DNA from: Gammaproteobacteria bacterium | GTDB taxonomy: Bacteria; Pseudomonadota; Gammaproteobacteria; Steroidobacterales; Foliamicaceae | Assembly (NCBI GenBank): GCA_028285945.1 | Contig: JAPYNE010000009.1 | Span: 19,585-83,584, forward strand | Length of the DNA stretch: 64,000 bases | Direction: 5' to 3' | In this document: one piece after another, positions 9,911 through 19,961 of the stretch | How positions within the stretch are numbered: position 1 is the first letter of the stretch | Layout: each line of letters opens with the position of its first letter | Program-made: the position numbers and the translations under genes | Notes under the pieces: generated by a model | Databases searched by the model: none | The model's input: the letters and a program-made list of their open reading frames with translations, nothing else | What the model was told of the DNA's origin: nothing

Positions 9911-10020
9911 GCCACTGCCGGGTCCTGCGGGCCAATTCGCCGCAAACGCGGAGAGTTACCTTGTTCCCGCCATCTGATGTTCGCGCATAGTATGCTTTTG
10001 ACCCGAACCGGGAGACACTC

Positions 10021-10245
10021 ATGACCAAATCAAACCGCAAGAGCCCCGCAGCGGCCCAAAGCGACGACGACAGGAGCGCTCTGCTCGCGGAATTACTTGA
10101 GTCCGGGCGAAACATGTCGGTTGCCGACTTCAAAGCTCAGCAGATGTCTTACGTAATCGGCTGCGTGGCCGGAGACGATAAGAACGCTCAGGAGAAGGTG
10201 CGGCAATATCTTGAGAAAACTCACGACATGCAAGCCGGCACGTGA
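10021..10245 (+). CDS. small hypothetical protein, translationally coupled to the Fic gene (possible Fic partner/antitoxin)
   Basis: 74-aa ORF at the start of the AT-richer island. Its TGA (10243-10245) overlaps the GTG start (10242) of the Fic gene. Confidence 0.5.
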   Translation: MTKSNRKSPAAAQSDDDRSALLAELLESGRNMSVADFKAQQMSYVIGCVAGDDKNAQEKVRQYLEKTHDMQAGT

Positions 10246-10829
10246 TTCTCCATGAGTTTGTTGGGCGGGATGAGGAGCATCCGCTCTACCAGAAGCTGCA
10301 CTCCTCAAACTATCTGCGCCAGCTTGGATTCCTCCAGTCCATGGTGCTTGCAGCCTTGGAATCCGAGAGGCCGTTTCTTTCACAAACCGTCATTAAGGCG
10401 CTAAATTATCATGCCATTGCTTGTTTGCATCCGTACGCTGGGGAGTATCGCCCTTGCCAAGTGCATGTGGGGTCATACCAGGCACCAGAAGAATATAGGG
10501 TTATGGCGCTTATGGATGACTTCGTCAACAACGTCAATCGGCACTGGATAAACGAAGACCCAATTAGGCTTTCGGCTTACGTTCTATGGCGGCTGAATTG
10601 GATACATCCCTTCATTAACGGCAATGGGAGAACCGCTCGGGCAGCGTGTTATTTTGTGTTGTGCGTCAAAACCGGAGGTTGGCTGGGCGGCAAAGTCATT
10701 TTGCCGGAACTGCTGCGCCGCGAAAGACCACGGTACGTCGAAGCGCTTAAGCAAGCCGATGCTTCAGGAGATGTCAGTGAGATCAGCAATCTCATATATG
10801 AGCTGCTGGGCAGGCAGCGGCAATTCTGA
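10242..10829 (+). CDS. Fic/DOC family protein (putative AMPylase-type toxin)
   Basis: Canonical Fic motif HPFINGNGRTAR (HPFxxGNGRxxR). Confidence 0.85.
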   Translation: MILHEFVGRDEEHPLYQKLHSSNYLRQLGFLQSMVLAALESERPFLSQTVIKALNYHAIACLHPYAGEYRPCQVHVGSYQAPEEYRVMALMDDFVNNVNRHWINEDPIRLSAYVLWRLNWIHPFINGNGRTARAACYFVLCVKTGGWLGGKVILPELLRRERPRYVEALKQADASGDVSEISNLIYELLGRQRQF

Positions 10830-11000
10830 ACCCTTGCGTATAGGCTTACAATTCCGCCAAGACTGGCTCTCCATGTGGTTCGCAGCACCTAGCCGGCGCG
10901 AAGGAAATCATCCTTGTTGTGTGCGTTGGCGACGCTTCTTCGTCCGTTTTGCTGCTATGCGGCGACCGGTTGGCGCATAGAAAGCTTGTTCAGAGCTTCC

Positions 11001-11044
11001 AAAACCCATGAGCAATTTCAACGCTAGTTAATTTTGCTCATGGG
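11001..11044 (-). terminator. rho-independent terminator of sspA (also closes the convergent Fic transcript)
   Basis: Perfect 11-bp stem CCCATGAGCAA (11005-11015) / TTGCTCATGGG (11034-11044). On the minus strand it is followed by TTTTGG. The stem overlaps the sspA stop codon. Confidence 0.6.
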
Positions 11045-12228
11045 CATTGTCCGATAGATGCTAGAGAGGACAGCGCCTGCAGGACCAGATTTGCAGCTTG
11101 TTCTACATCTTTTTCCAATGTGAAGCGGCCAAAACTGAATCGGATTGATGCCTCGCTCTCTTCATTTGATAGTCCTAGAGCACTCAGAACATGTGAGGGC
11201 TCGGGAGTTCCAGAAGTGCAGGCGGCTCCAGTGGATGCGGCTAGGCGAGGCTGCAACACGCCAAGAATGTCCCGTGCGTTGTGTCCGACGAAACAAGCGT
11301 TGGCATTTCCAGGGTGGCGATATTCATTGGATGGCCCGTTAAGAATCATTTCAGCGCCACCTTTCTGCAAGTGTTTTACAAAAGAATCTCTTAGCCTCGC
11401 TATCTCCCGTCGTTCGATGCTTGCCTGCTCGTTTGCGCAGAGGGAAGCGGCGGCGCCCATTCCGACGCAAAGCGGCAAGGGCAGAGTGCCTGACCGAATG
11501 CCTTCCTGCTGACCGCCGCCGTGAATGAGCGGTTCGATCCTGTCATGCAGATCGCGCCTGACATACAGGGCGCCAATGCCTTGCGGCCCATATATCTTGT
11601 GTCCGGAAAGACTTATTAGATCGGCGTGATAGGCGAGATCGTGCAGATCCATCGCGCACGGCGCTTGTGCGGCATCGGTGTGCAAGAGGATTCCAGAGGG
11701 AGCAAGCAGCGCCGCAATTGCCGGCATGTCTTGGATTACGCCCACTTCGTTATTGACCGCCATGATTGAAACCAGCAGCATGTCGTCGTCGAGCATCTCC
11801 TTGAGGGCGCATAAGTCAATTCGGCCCTCTGAATCGACCGGAACATGCTCCACAGTGAACTTCTCGCGATCCTCCAATGCTCTCGCAGCGGCCAACACGC
11901 ACTTATGTTCTATAGCACTGACCAAAATGCGCCGCCGTTTGTTGGAGGTATGCCGCGCCAGACCAAAAAGCGCCAGGTTATTGGCTTCCGTGGCACCGGA
12001 CGTAAAGATAATTTCGTCGGTATCCGCGCCAATTAAGGCCGCTACCAAAGAAGTGGCGTTTTGCGTCGCTTTTTCAGCTTTCCAGCCGACTATGTGATCC
12101 GTAGAGTGCGGATTGCCGAATGCCTCGCGCCAATGCGGCTCCATGGCTGCCAAGACACGCGGGTCAACCGGCGTGGTGGCCTGATAGTCGGCGTAGATGC
12201 ACTTTTCCATTCGCATTGGCAGCCGCAT
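11038..12228 (-). CDS. sspA: cysteine desulfurase (IscS/NifS/DndA-like), SspA of the Ssp cluster
   Basis: IYADYQATTPVD N-terminus, PLP-lysine motif SGHKIYGPQGIGALYV, active-site loop STGAACTSG. Divergent from sspB. The true start may be the internal ATG at 12210 (MEKCIYADY). Confidence 0.8.
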   Translation of the reverse strand: MRLPMRMEKCIYADYQATTPVDPRVLAAMEPHWREAFGNPHSTDHIVGWKAEKATQNATSLVAALIGADTDEIIFTSGATEANNLALFGLARHTSNKRRRILVSAIEHKCVLAAARALEDREKFTVEHVPVDSEGRIDLCALKEMLDDDMLLVSIMAVNNEVGVIQDMPAIAALLAPSGILLHTDAAQAPCAMDLHDLAYHADLISLSGHKIYGPQGIGALYVRRDLHDRIEPLIHGGGQQEGIRSGTLPLPLCVGMGAAASLCANEQASIERREIARLRDSFVKHLQKGGAEMILNGPSNEYRHPGNANACFVGHNARDILGVLQPRLAASTGAACTSGTPEPSHVLSALGLSNEESEASIRFSFGRFTLEKDVEQAANLVLQALSSLASIGQCP

Positions 12229-12309
12229 CTGGAAGGTTCATCCAGTAACGGACTTACCTTAACCTAACATGGTAGTATTGTCATCTACTCGTACTACACG
12301 GAAGCGCCG

Positions 12310-13245
12310 ATGCGGAGAGGGCCGCTCTACCGAGAAAGTTATCGTCCGCGCCTTTCAGGACACGAGACTTTTCCTCTACGCTACGGATGGCTTAAGAAGG
12401 CGTTCGACGCTGTCGAAGATTCCCCTCACGAAACAAGCGCCAAATCCGTTTTCTTGGCAGACGATGCCATTGCCCGCTTCGGCGTGGGCAAGAACATGGT
12501 GGCGTCCATTCGCCATTGGGCCAATGCAACGGGCGTACTTGATGAAGACGGATGCTTGAACGGGCGCGCAACAACGCCGATCGGGAATCTGCTTTTCGGC
12601 AGGAACGGGATCGACCCCTATTTTGAGCATCCGGCCACCGCATGGCTTATTCATTGGCAGCTTGCCGGCCGCTCGCGAAAAACAACATGGCATTGGGCCT
12701 TCAATTACTACCCGTCCATCTTTTTTGACCGGGAGCAACTCGCTTCAGGCTTGCTGAGCCTTGCGCGGGATCGCGGATGGTCGCGGGCGGCGCCCGCCAC
12801 GGTAAAAGCAGATGTGGCGTGTTTCATTAGAACCTATGTTTCCATGCCGCCATCCGGCAAGGCGAGCCATGAGGATGTCCTTGAGTCCCCGCTTACAGAA
12901 CTGGGCTTGGTGAAACCTGTGGGCAAGCGGGACGGGTTCCGATTTGTGCGCGGGAACAAACCCTCCTTGGGCCATGGTGTGTTTTGCTGCGCCATTACGG
13001 ACTTTTGGTCGCAGTTTTCCGCTGCGCGAACCCTCTCACTGGAGGCAATCGCTCACGAACCCGGTTCGCCTGGCCGGGTGTTTTTGCTTGACGAGAACAG
13101 TTTGGCGGAGCGCCTAGTGCATCTTGAGGAATCGAGCAATGGCCTTTACCGATGGTCGGAGACTGCCGGCCTCAAGCAGCTTGAGCGAACAGGCAAACTG
13201 AGCGCGAGCGATGCCTTGGAATTTGTCTTAAGGGACTACCCCTGA
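12310..13245 (+). CDS. sspB: DUF4007-family protein, SspB-like
   Basis: N-terminal LSGHETFPLRYGWLKKAFD is the DUF4007 hallmark. The gene sits immediately upstream of the large ATPase and the PAPS-reductase-like gene. Confidence 0.75.
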   Translation: MRRGPLYRESYRPRLSGHETFPLRYGWLKKAFDAVEDSPHETSAKSVFLADDAIARFGVGKNMVASIRHWANATGVLDEDGCLNGRATTPIGNLLFGRNGIDPYFEHPATAWLIHWQLAGRSRKTTWHWAFNYYPSIFFDREQLASGLLSLARDRGWSRAAPATVKADVACFIRTYVSMPPSGKASHEDVLESPLTELGLVKPVGKRDGFRFVRGNKPSLGHGVFCCAITDFWSQFSAARTLSLEAIAHEPGSPGRVFLLDENSLAERLVHLEESSNGLYRWSETAGLKQLERTGKLSASDALEFVLRDYP

Positions 13246-13270
13246 TGCGAAATAAGGAGATTCGAGACTA

Positions 13271-16200
13271 ATGGGGCTGGAGAATCACGTTCGGATCCTT
13301 CGGCGCTACCAACGCGCTATTCGCATCAACACGGATTTGCATGATCCCGCCGCGCTTGAAGGGTATGTTTGCCCTCGATCATCCGCCGCCGCCTTGGAAA
13401 CGATGGCTCGGCACCTGCAAGAGGCCGGGCAGGCGGCCTTCACCTGGACCGGGCCCTATGGCAGCGGCAAATCCAGCCTTGTGATTGCTCTTGCCGCCGC
13501 CCTAAGCGGCGACGAAGAGCGGCGTAAGAGAGCGGCGTCAATTTTAGGAAAGGACACAACCGCTCGGCTTTGGGAGGCTTTGCCGTCTCGAAAACGGGGT
13601 TGGCGAATGTTGCCCGTCGTTGGTCGGCGCGGTGATTCGGCGCAAGTGATTGGAGAAGCGCTCCAGGCTGCCAGACTCGTCCGAAAGAATGCGCCTAATG
13701 AATGGGATGAGAATCGGCTCTTGGCCACGTTGGAGGAGATTGCGTCTAAGTATCCGCGTGTGGGAGGCGGATTGGTGGTCTTCGTTGACGAGATGGGGAA
13801 GCTCCTTGAGGCGGCGGCGGAAGACGGATCGGATATCTATCTCTTCCAGCAACTCGCGGAAACCGCCTCCCGAAGTGGCGGGCGCCTTGTTGTTATTGGA
13901 ATACTCCATCAAGCATTTGAGGAGTATGCGCATCGCCTTTCACGGGAGGCGCGCGATGAATGGTCAAAGATTCAGGGCCGATTCGTTGACTTGGTCATCA
14001 ATGCTGCCGGCGACGAGCAAATTGATCTTCTTGCACGGGCCATAAAGTGCGATCGGCGACCTAGCCGGCAAAGTGCTCTGGCTAAGCTTGTTGTTCGGCA
14101 GGTGCAGAGAGATGTTGCTCCGGAGCTAGCCAACACTCTGAGCGATTGCTGGCCGTTACACCCTGTTGTTGCCTGCCTTCTAGGCCCCGTTTCCCGGCGA
14201 CGCTTCGGACAAAACCAGCGCAGCATATTCAGCTTCTTGAACTCCGCGGAGCCTCAAGGATTCCAGGATTTCCTGCGGTCGGCGAAAAAGACTGATCTTT
14301 ACCGAGTCGATCAGTTATGGAATTACCTGCGGTTTAATCTTGAGCCCGCCATCCTGGCATCGCCCGACGGACATCGCTGGGCCTTGGCAATCAACGTGCT
14401 GGATCGTTGCGAGCCGGCAGGTGGCGAGGAGCTGCACGTTCGGCTGCTCAAAGCGATTGCGGCGATTGATATGCTCAAAGACAGGTCGGGGCTGATCGCT
14501 AGTACGGAATTACTAAAGCTCGCGCTTGATGATTGCGATCCAGAGCAAATTGATGCTGCTTTGGATGACCTGCAGAGATGGTGTCTGGTCATATTCCGCA
14601 AGTTCACGAACGCCTATTCGGTGTTCGAGGGCAGTGACTTTGATATCAATGAAGCCATAGAGCAGGCTTTGGATGAAACTCGCGAACTCGACCTTTTCTC
14701 GTTCGACGCGCTTCCGAATCTACAGCCTATAGTCGCCAAGCGGCATTACCATGAGACGGGCGCGCTTCGCTGGTTCGACGTGGAGCTAGTGCCCTCGGCT
14801 GAAATATCAAATGTGGTCGAGCAATACGAGCCAAAGCACGGTGCCATAGGAGCGTTCCTGCTGGCCGTGCCTACGCAAGGCGAATTGGAATCAGAGGTAA
14901 GAGAAACATGCCGCCTTGCCTCGGAAAGGGCGCGTGAATGGGATATTGTCGTTGGGCTTTCTCAAAGCGCATGGAGGATTCCGGCGTTAGCGCATGAGAT
15001 CATCGCGCTGGAGCGTGTACGGAGCACATCACCGGAATTGCAAGGCGATCGGGTTGCGCGAATAGAGGTGCGGGCGCGAATTGCCGACATGCAGAGCAGG
15101 CTTGAATCCGAGGTTTCCGCTGCTTTTGACGGAGCGCGCTGGTATTGCCGGGGATCCGAGCCGAAAAGTTTGTTGCATGCGGAACTGAACAGTTTGGCTT
15201 CGAGTCTTGCCGAAGCGCGATTTTTCCAGGCGCCCAAGCTGCGAAACGAGCTGGTTGTTCGAGTCAAACCCTCTAGCAATGCAATAGCGGCGCGCAACGC
15301 TTTGCTCCGGCGCATGGCGCTCAATGAACGGGAGCAGCGCCTAGGCATAAGCGGCTTCCCTGCGGAAGCGGGTCTCTACGCCTCTCTTTTGGAAGCCACT
15401 AGGCTGCATCAGAATACTGGTGAAGGTTGGCGTTTTATCTCTCCCGCCGACATCCCGTGCGATCCATGCCGATTGGCGCCCGCTTGGGAAGCGGCAATCC
15501 AATTCTTAAAGAAGAAGTCGCATCGCACCGTCTTGTGGTCGGAGATATACGGCATCTGGAGCGCGCCTCCATTCGGCATCAAGAATGGGCTGCTGCCGAT
15601 TCTTTCCGTTGCGTTTCTGATGTCCCAGAGCGGTTCACTGGCCTTTTATCGCGATTGCATATTCCAAGCACGGCTGTCTGATCTGGATATCGACTACCTA
15701 GTCAGAGATCCGGACGATATCCAAGTGCGCTGGATGGACCTTTCGGCAAACTCGCGTCGCCTCTTGTCTTCAATGGCCGACATTGTTCGAGACTTGGATT
15801 CCGAGAACACCTTGATCAACCTGCAGCCAATAGACGTGGCCAAGGGCTTGGTTGCAATTTACGATCGTTTGCCGCTTTGGGTTGGGCGCACGCAGCGGCT
15901 ATCCGGCACCGCAAAGCGCCTTAGACAACTTTTCAAGCAAGCGAATGATCCCAACAAGCTGGTCTTCGACGATATTCCGAATGTGCTCGGAACGGACAGT
16001 TCGGACGAGGACAAGTCAGCAACGGAAAAGATCGCAAAACAGGTTTGCGATGGTCTGATTGAGCTGCAGCAAGCCTATCCGGCAATGTTGCATCGACTGC
16101 GCGATATTCTGCTTGCTGAACTCCAGGCCCCGAACACCTCGGCGGCGACGCTGGCTGAGTTAAGGGAAAGAGCCAAGAATATACGCGAGCTCGGCGGCGA

Positions 16201-16663
16201 TCATCGACTAGAAGCCTTCATTGTGCGGATTGCACAATTCCAAGGCACTGATGTGGACGTTGAGGGCTTGGCTGGCTTGGCAGTGAACAAGCCTCCTCAA
16301 ACTTGGGTCGATACGGATATTGACCGCGCAGAGGTGGGCCTCGCGGAATTGGCGCAGAATTTTTTGCGTGTCGAAGCGTTCGCTCGCGTGAAAAGCAGGC
16401 GCGACAAGAGACACTCAATGGCTGTTATTGTGGGCATAGACGGTCGTCCAGCCCCCGTGCATGAAGAATTTCAAATCGCGGATCAAGACCACAGGGAAGT
16501 GAACGCGCTAATTGAGCGGGTTGATCGATCCTTGCGCGCAAGCGGGGTGGAGCGACGAAACATTATTCTTGCGGCCCTTGCTGAATTAAGTGCGCGTTAC
16601 CTGGATCCTCGCGCGGAGCAGGAAAGAAAAGCCAGTCCTCAAAGCAAAAAGGTTGCTAGCTAG
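13271..16663 (+). CDS. sspC: large P-loop ATPase, SspC-like
   Basis: 1130 aa, with Walker A GPYGSGKSS and Walker B-like LVVFVDEMGKLLE. Position between sspB and sspD. Confidence 0.7.
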   Translation: MGLENHVRILRRYQRAIRINTDLHDPAALEGYVCPRSSAAALETMARHLQEAGQAAFTWTGPYGSGKSSLVIALAAALSGDEERRKRAASILGKDTTARLWEALPSRKRGWRMLPVVGRRGDSAQVIGEALQAARLVRKNAPNEWDENRLLATLEEIASKYPRVGGGLVVFVDEMGKLLEAAAEDGSDIYLFQQLAETASRSGGRLVVIGILHQAFEEYAHRLSREARDEWSKIQGRFVDLVINAAGDEQIDLLARAIKCDRRPSRQSALAKLVVRQVQRDVAPELANTLSDCWPLHPVVACLLGPVSRRRFGQNQRSIFSFLNSAEPQGFQDFLRSAKKTDLYRVDQLWNYLRFNLEPAILASPDGHRWALAINVLDRCEPAGGEELHVRLLKAIAAIDMLKDRSGLIASTELLKLALDDCDPEQIDAALDDLQRWCLVIFRKFTNAYSVFEGSDFDINEAIEQALDETRELDLFSFDALPNLQPIVAKRHYHETGALRWFDVELVPSAEISNVVEQYEPKHGAIGAFLLAVPTQGELESEVRETCRLASERAREWDIVVGLSQSAWRIPALAHEIIALERVRSTSPELQGDRVARIEVRARIADMQSRLESEVSAAFDGARWYCRGSEPKSLLHAELNSLASSLAEARFFQAPKLRNELVVRVKPSSNAIAARNALLRRMALNEREQRLGISGFPAEAGLYASLLEATRLHQNTGEGWRFISPADIPCDPCRLAPAWEAAIQFLKKKSHRTVLWSEIYGIWSAPPFGIKNGLLPILSVAFLMSQSGSLAFYRDCIFQARLSDLDIDYLVRDPDDIQVRWMDLSANSRRLLSSMADIVRDLDSENTLINLQPIDVAKGLVAIYDRLPLWVGRTQRLSGTAKRLRQLFKQANDPNKLVFDDIPNVLGTDSSDEDKSATEKIAKQVCDGLIELQQAYPAMLHRLRDILLAELQAPNTSAATLAELRERAKNIRELGGDHRLEAFIVRIAQFQGTDVDVEGLAGLAVNKPPQTWVDTDIDRAEVGLAELAQNFLRVEAFARVKSRRDKRHSMAVIVGIDGRPAPVHEEFQIADQDHREVNALIERVDRSLRASGVERRNIILAALAELSARYLDPRAEQERKASPQSKKVAS

Positions 16664-16665
16664 AA

Positions 16666-17502
16666 ATGGTAAAGGCCGAACGACATGTCTTGGGATTGTC
16701 GGGCGGGCGCGACAGTGCTGCGCTTGCCGTGTACATGAGGGAAAACCACCCCGAACTCGATATTGAGTATTTCTTTACCGACACCGGCAAAGAACTCCCC
16801 GAGGTCTATGAGTATCTTGTGAAACTCGAAGGGTTTCTGGGCAAACCCATCCTAAGGCTGAATCCAGATCGGGACTTTGACTTCTGGCTCAAGCAGTACA
16901 ACGACTTTCTCCCCTCGCCCCAGACACGCTGGTGTACTCGACAGCTCAAGTTGAGGCCATTCGAGCAATGGGTGCGCCCCATGCTCGACGAAGGAGCACG
17001 CGTTTACAGCTACGTCGCCATCCGTGCCGACGAGCAATACCGGCAAGGCTATTCTTCAAAGCAGGACGATTTGCAGGTTCGCCTGCCGCTAAAGGAAGCG
17101 GGGATCGACAAGGCAGGCGTGCTGGAAATTCTCGAAGGCACGGGTCTTGGCCTGCCTTCCTATTATGAATGGCGCACCCGCAGCGGCTGCACCTTCTGCT
17201 TCTTCCAGCAGAAGATCGAATGGGTGAGGCTGCGCGAGCGCCACCCTGAGTGTTTTCAGGAAGCGAAGGATTATGAAAAAAACGCCTTGGAACACGGATC
17301 GCCATTTACTTGGAGCCAAGGCGAGTCGCTTCATGAATTGGAGCAGCCGGAACGCTTGGAAGAGATACGAAAGGATCACGAGTTGCGGCTTGTCCGCAGT
17401 AAAGCTAGGTCTCAACCTAATCCATTAAGACCCAATTCCGAGCCTTTAGATATTGATGATGTATACGGCAAAGCTAAAGTTTGTCTTGCCTGCCACAAGT
17501 AA
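16666..17502 (+). CDS. sspD: PAPS-reductase/PP-loop ATP pyrophosphatase, SspD (DndC-like)
   Basis: PP-loop LGLSGGRDSAALAV; Cys motifs RSGCTFCFF and C-terminal CLACHK. Starts 2 nt after the sspC stop. Confidence 0.8.
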   Translation: MVKAERHVLGLSGGRDSAALAVYMRENHPELDIEYFFTDTGKELPEVYEYLVKLEGFLGKPILRLNPDRDFDFWLKQYNDFLPSPQTRWCTRQLKLRPFEQWVRPMLDEGARVYSYVAIRADEQYRQGYSSKQDDLQVRLPLKEAGIDKAGVLEILEGTGLGLPSYYEWRTRSGCTFCFFQQKIEWVRLRERHPECFQEAKDYEKNALEHGSPFTWSQGESLHELEQPERLEEIRKDHELRLVRSKARSQPNPLRPNSEPLDIDDVYGKAKVCLACHK

Positions 17503-17576
17503 GCGACTAATACCTATGCAGATGCCGGAGACTAGATTCTACTCAATGGAAACAATAGCCATGCGAGTCAAATGCT

Positions 17577-19865
17577 ATGCGTAAAGTGAAAGATCTTTTT
17601 GAGGCCAAAGCCGACAACCTTTGGGACACCCTAACTAGCCATGGTGGCTCGGCGGGTTTTCGAGTTCCGGAGTATCAGCGCACTTATGACTGGGGCCAAG
17701 AGAAGATCGCTCGGCTACTTGAGGATTGTGCCAATGGTTTGTACCAACTTCGTCGCAAAGGCAAGGAAGAATCGTATACCTTTCTTGGCACACTAATCCT
17801 TGTGAACGAGAGAAGTGAAAACACATTTGACGGAAAAACACTTGACATCGTAGATGGCCAACAGCGCCTAACCACACTTCTTCTAATTTGTTGTGCTCTA
17901 ATCGAGAAAATCAACGCGAATCTTCGGTCAGCTGAGTGTCTACCACCAGCTACCAGGACATTGATACTAGACGAAGCAGATATGCACATCAGCGAACTAT
18001 TTGAGTGCGTTGTTGGCGAGTTACCAGGACTTAGGCAAAGGGCGCGATATCCAAGAATAGTACGCCACGGGGATAAGAGAGCCAAGGAGAGAACAAATTC
18101 GCATTACACTTCCACAATTGCCAGATTTCTAAGGGATTTTTCTGACCATTACAGCGGTTCTCCCAGGGAGGAGTTTAAGTTTCCAGAGATCAGCGATAAC
18201 GATGGAGCAAGCGAGAGGCTCCGGAAAAACTACAGCTTCATCAAGGATCAAATCGCCTATATTGCTGACTTGCCGGAACAAAACAAAGGGATTGATTGCG
18301 AGATAGTCCCATATGGAGATTTTCAGCGTAAAGGGTATACGAATCTTCTGCCAAAAATAAATCGCCAAAGCCACATGGATAGAAATAATGCACAGAGTGA
18401 AATAGATAACATTTGCTCGGAAATAAGTAAGCTCGGAGATTCCAATAGCCTAGTACGCTTGGTGTTGTTCGCATCGTATATTAGTCGTTGCGTCGTATTG
18501 ACTCGCGTTGAGACAGAAGACCAAGATTCTGCATTTGATATTTTTGATGCACTGAACACAACAGGGGAACCGCTCACTGCAATTGAAACCCTTAAGCCTA
18601 GGGTCATTCAGACAGAAAGGAATAGTTATAAGGGATCAGAGTCCGAGATCGCATTTGGTGAAATTGAGAGACGGTTTGAGAAGATCGAGAATCCGTATGA
18701 GCGACAAAAGGAAGCTAAGGAGATTGTGGTTTCTTTCGCACTCTATAAGGACGGGGAAAAGGTAGCGAACGATTTAAGAGAACAAAGGCGATACTTGGGG
18801 AATACCTATGACAAATGTGAGTCCATTGAAGCAAAACGGAGATTTGTTACAGGGCTTGCGGAAATGACGCAATTCCGAAGTGAGTGTTGGAGGAAGGATG
18901 GCATCAAAGACGCTGCCTATCTGGAGCCAGACTCGAGACTTTGCTTACAAACAATTAAGGACATGAACACAAGCTTGGCGCTGCCCCCAATTGCACGCTA
19001 TTGGGCAAAGCGGCACGAGCCAAATGGTGAACAGAGATTTGCCCAAATAGTGAATGCAGTGACTGCATTTCTGGTCCTGAGACGTTCGGCAACAGGCACT
19101 ACCGGGGGTATCGACGCAGTTCTGCGCACCTTGATGAAACAGCAGAGCGGTGAGGGTGACCCATTGTGTGTTGGATTGGGGGCAGAGAATAAATTGCTGA
19201 ATGTAACTCAATTCAAAGCGCACTTGCGCTCCCTTCTGGCAAAGCGGCCTATCGAAGTGACAAATAAAGAGTCATGGGTTAAGGCGGTAAGAGAAGTACC
19301 GATTGCTAATCACGCAAAAGCGTTGGCAAAATTTCTTATCCTTGCTGCGTCGCAATATGCCAAGCCTGATCCACAACAACCCGGGCTCTTGACTCGGGCT
19401 GGATTTCGCAAGAGCGATGAGCAGGAGTACTTGACCTACGAGAAATGGACATCGGCGGAGTACAAGACAATTGAGCATGTCGCGCCCATTACTGATCCGG
19501 GTGAAGGGTGGGACGAAGGGATATACAGCAGACCATACATTAGGCACACTTTAGGAAATCTGGTGCTTTTGCCGCAGAGGGAGAATGCCAGTCTTGGTAA
19601 TAGCGTATGGCGCCGGAAACATTTGTTCTACTTAGCCCTCACTGAATCCGACGATAGTGAACAAGAGAAGTGGTTGCGCAAAGCCGAAGAAGAAGGACTA
19701 GAGTTTCCCAAGAGAACAAGAGACCTCATAAAGAGAGGACGCAGACTTCATTTGCTAGACCCCATTCGAGATGTTCGGGAGTGGAATGAAATGCTAGTTC
19801 GTGGCAGGACAGAAAACATCTTGGGTTTGGCATGGGATACCTTGGCAGAGTGGCTGTGGAAGTGA
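17577..19865 (+). CDS. sspE: DUF262 + DUF1524 (GmrSD-family) nuclease, SspE-like PT-sensing restriction component
   Basis: N-terminal FRVPEYQRTYDW and IVDGQQRLTTLLL (DUF262). C-terminal TIEHVAPI ... GNLVLLPQRENASLGN (DUF1524 His-Me finger). Confidence 0.8.
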   Translation: MRKVKDLFEAKADNLWDTLTSHGGSAGFRVPEYQRTYDWGQEKIARLLEDCANGLYQLRRKGKEESYTFLGTLILVNERSENTFDGKTLDIVDGQQRLTTLLLICCALIEKINANLRSAECLPPATRTLILDEADMHISELFECVVGELPGLRQRARYPRIVRHGDKRAKERTNSHYTSTIARFLRDFSDHYSGSPREEFKFPEISDNDGASERLRKNYSFIKDQIAYIADLPEQNKGIDCEIVPYGDFQRKGYTNLLPKINRQSHMDRNNAQSEIDNICSEISKLGDSNSLVRLVLFASYISRCVVLTRVETEDQDSAFDIFDALNTTGEPLTAIETLKPRVIQTERNSYKGSESEIAFGEIERRFEKIENPYERQKEAKEIVVSFALYKDGEKVANDLREQRRYLGNTYDKCESIEAKRRFVTGLAEMTQFRSECWRKDGIKDAAYLEPDSRLCLQTIKDMNTSLALPPIARYWAKRHEPNGEQRFAQIVNAVTAFLVLRRSATGTTGGIDAVLRTLMKQQSGEGDPLCVGLGAENKLLNVTQFKAHLRSLLAKRPIEVTNKESWVKAVREVPIANHAKALAKFLILAASQYAKPDPQQPGLLTRAGFRKSDEQEYLTYEKWTSAEYKTIEHVAPITDPGEGWDEGIYSRPYIRHTLGNLVLLPQRENASLGNSVWRRKHLFYLALTESDDSEQEKWLRKAEEEGLEFPKRTRDLIKRGRRLHLLDPIRDVREWNEMLVRGRTENILGLAWDTLAEWLWK

Positions 19866-19961
19866 GAGCAAGGGAACCCAAGCGGCAGATGAGCAATCGT
19901 GTTCATGGTGCCTGAAAGAAATCTGTTCATGAAATAACGGCGCTCCCCACCCGAACCAGCC

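Noticed and set aside
10021-10245. Calling the 74-aa ORF a VbhA-type Fic antitoxin
   Set aside because: The defining (S/T)xxxE(G/N) inhibitory motif is not present. It is kept only as a hypothetical coupled partner.
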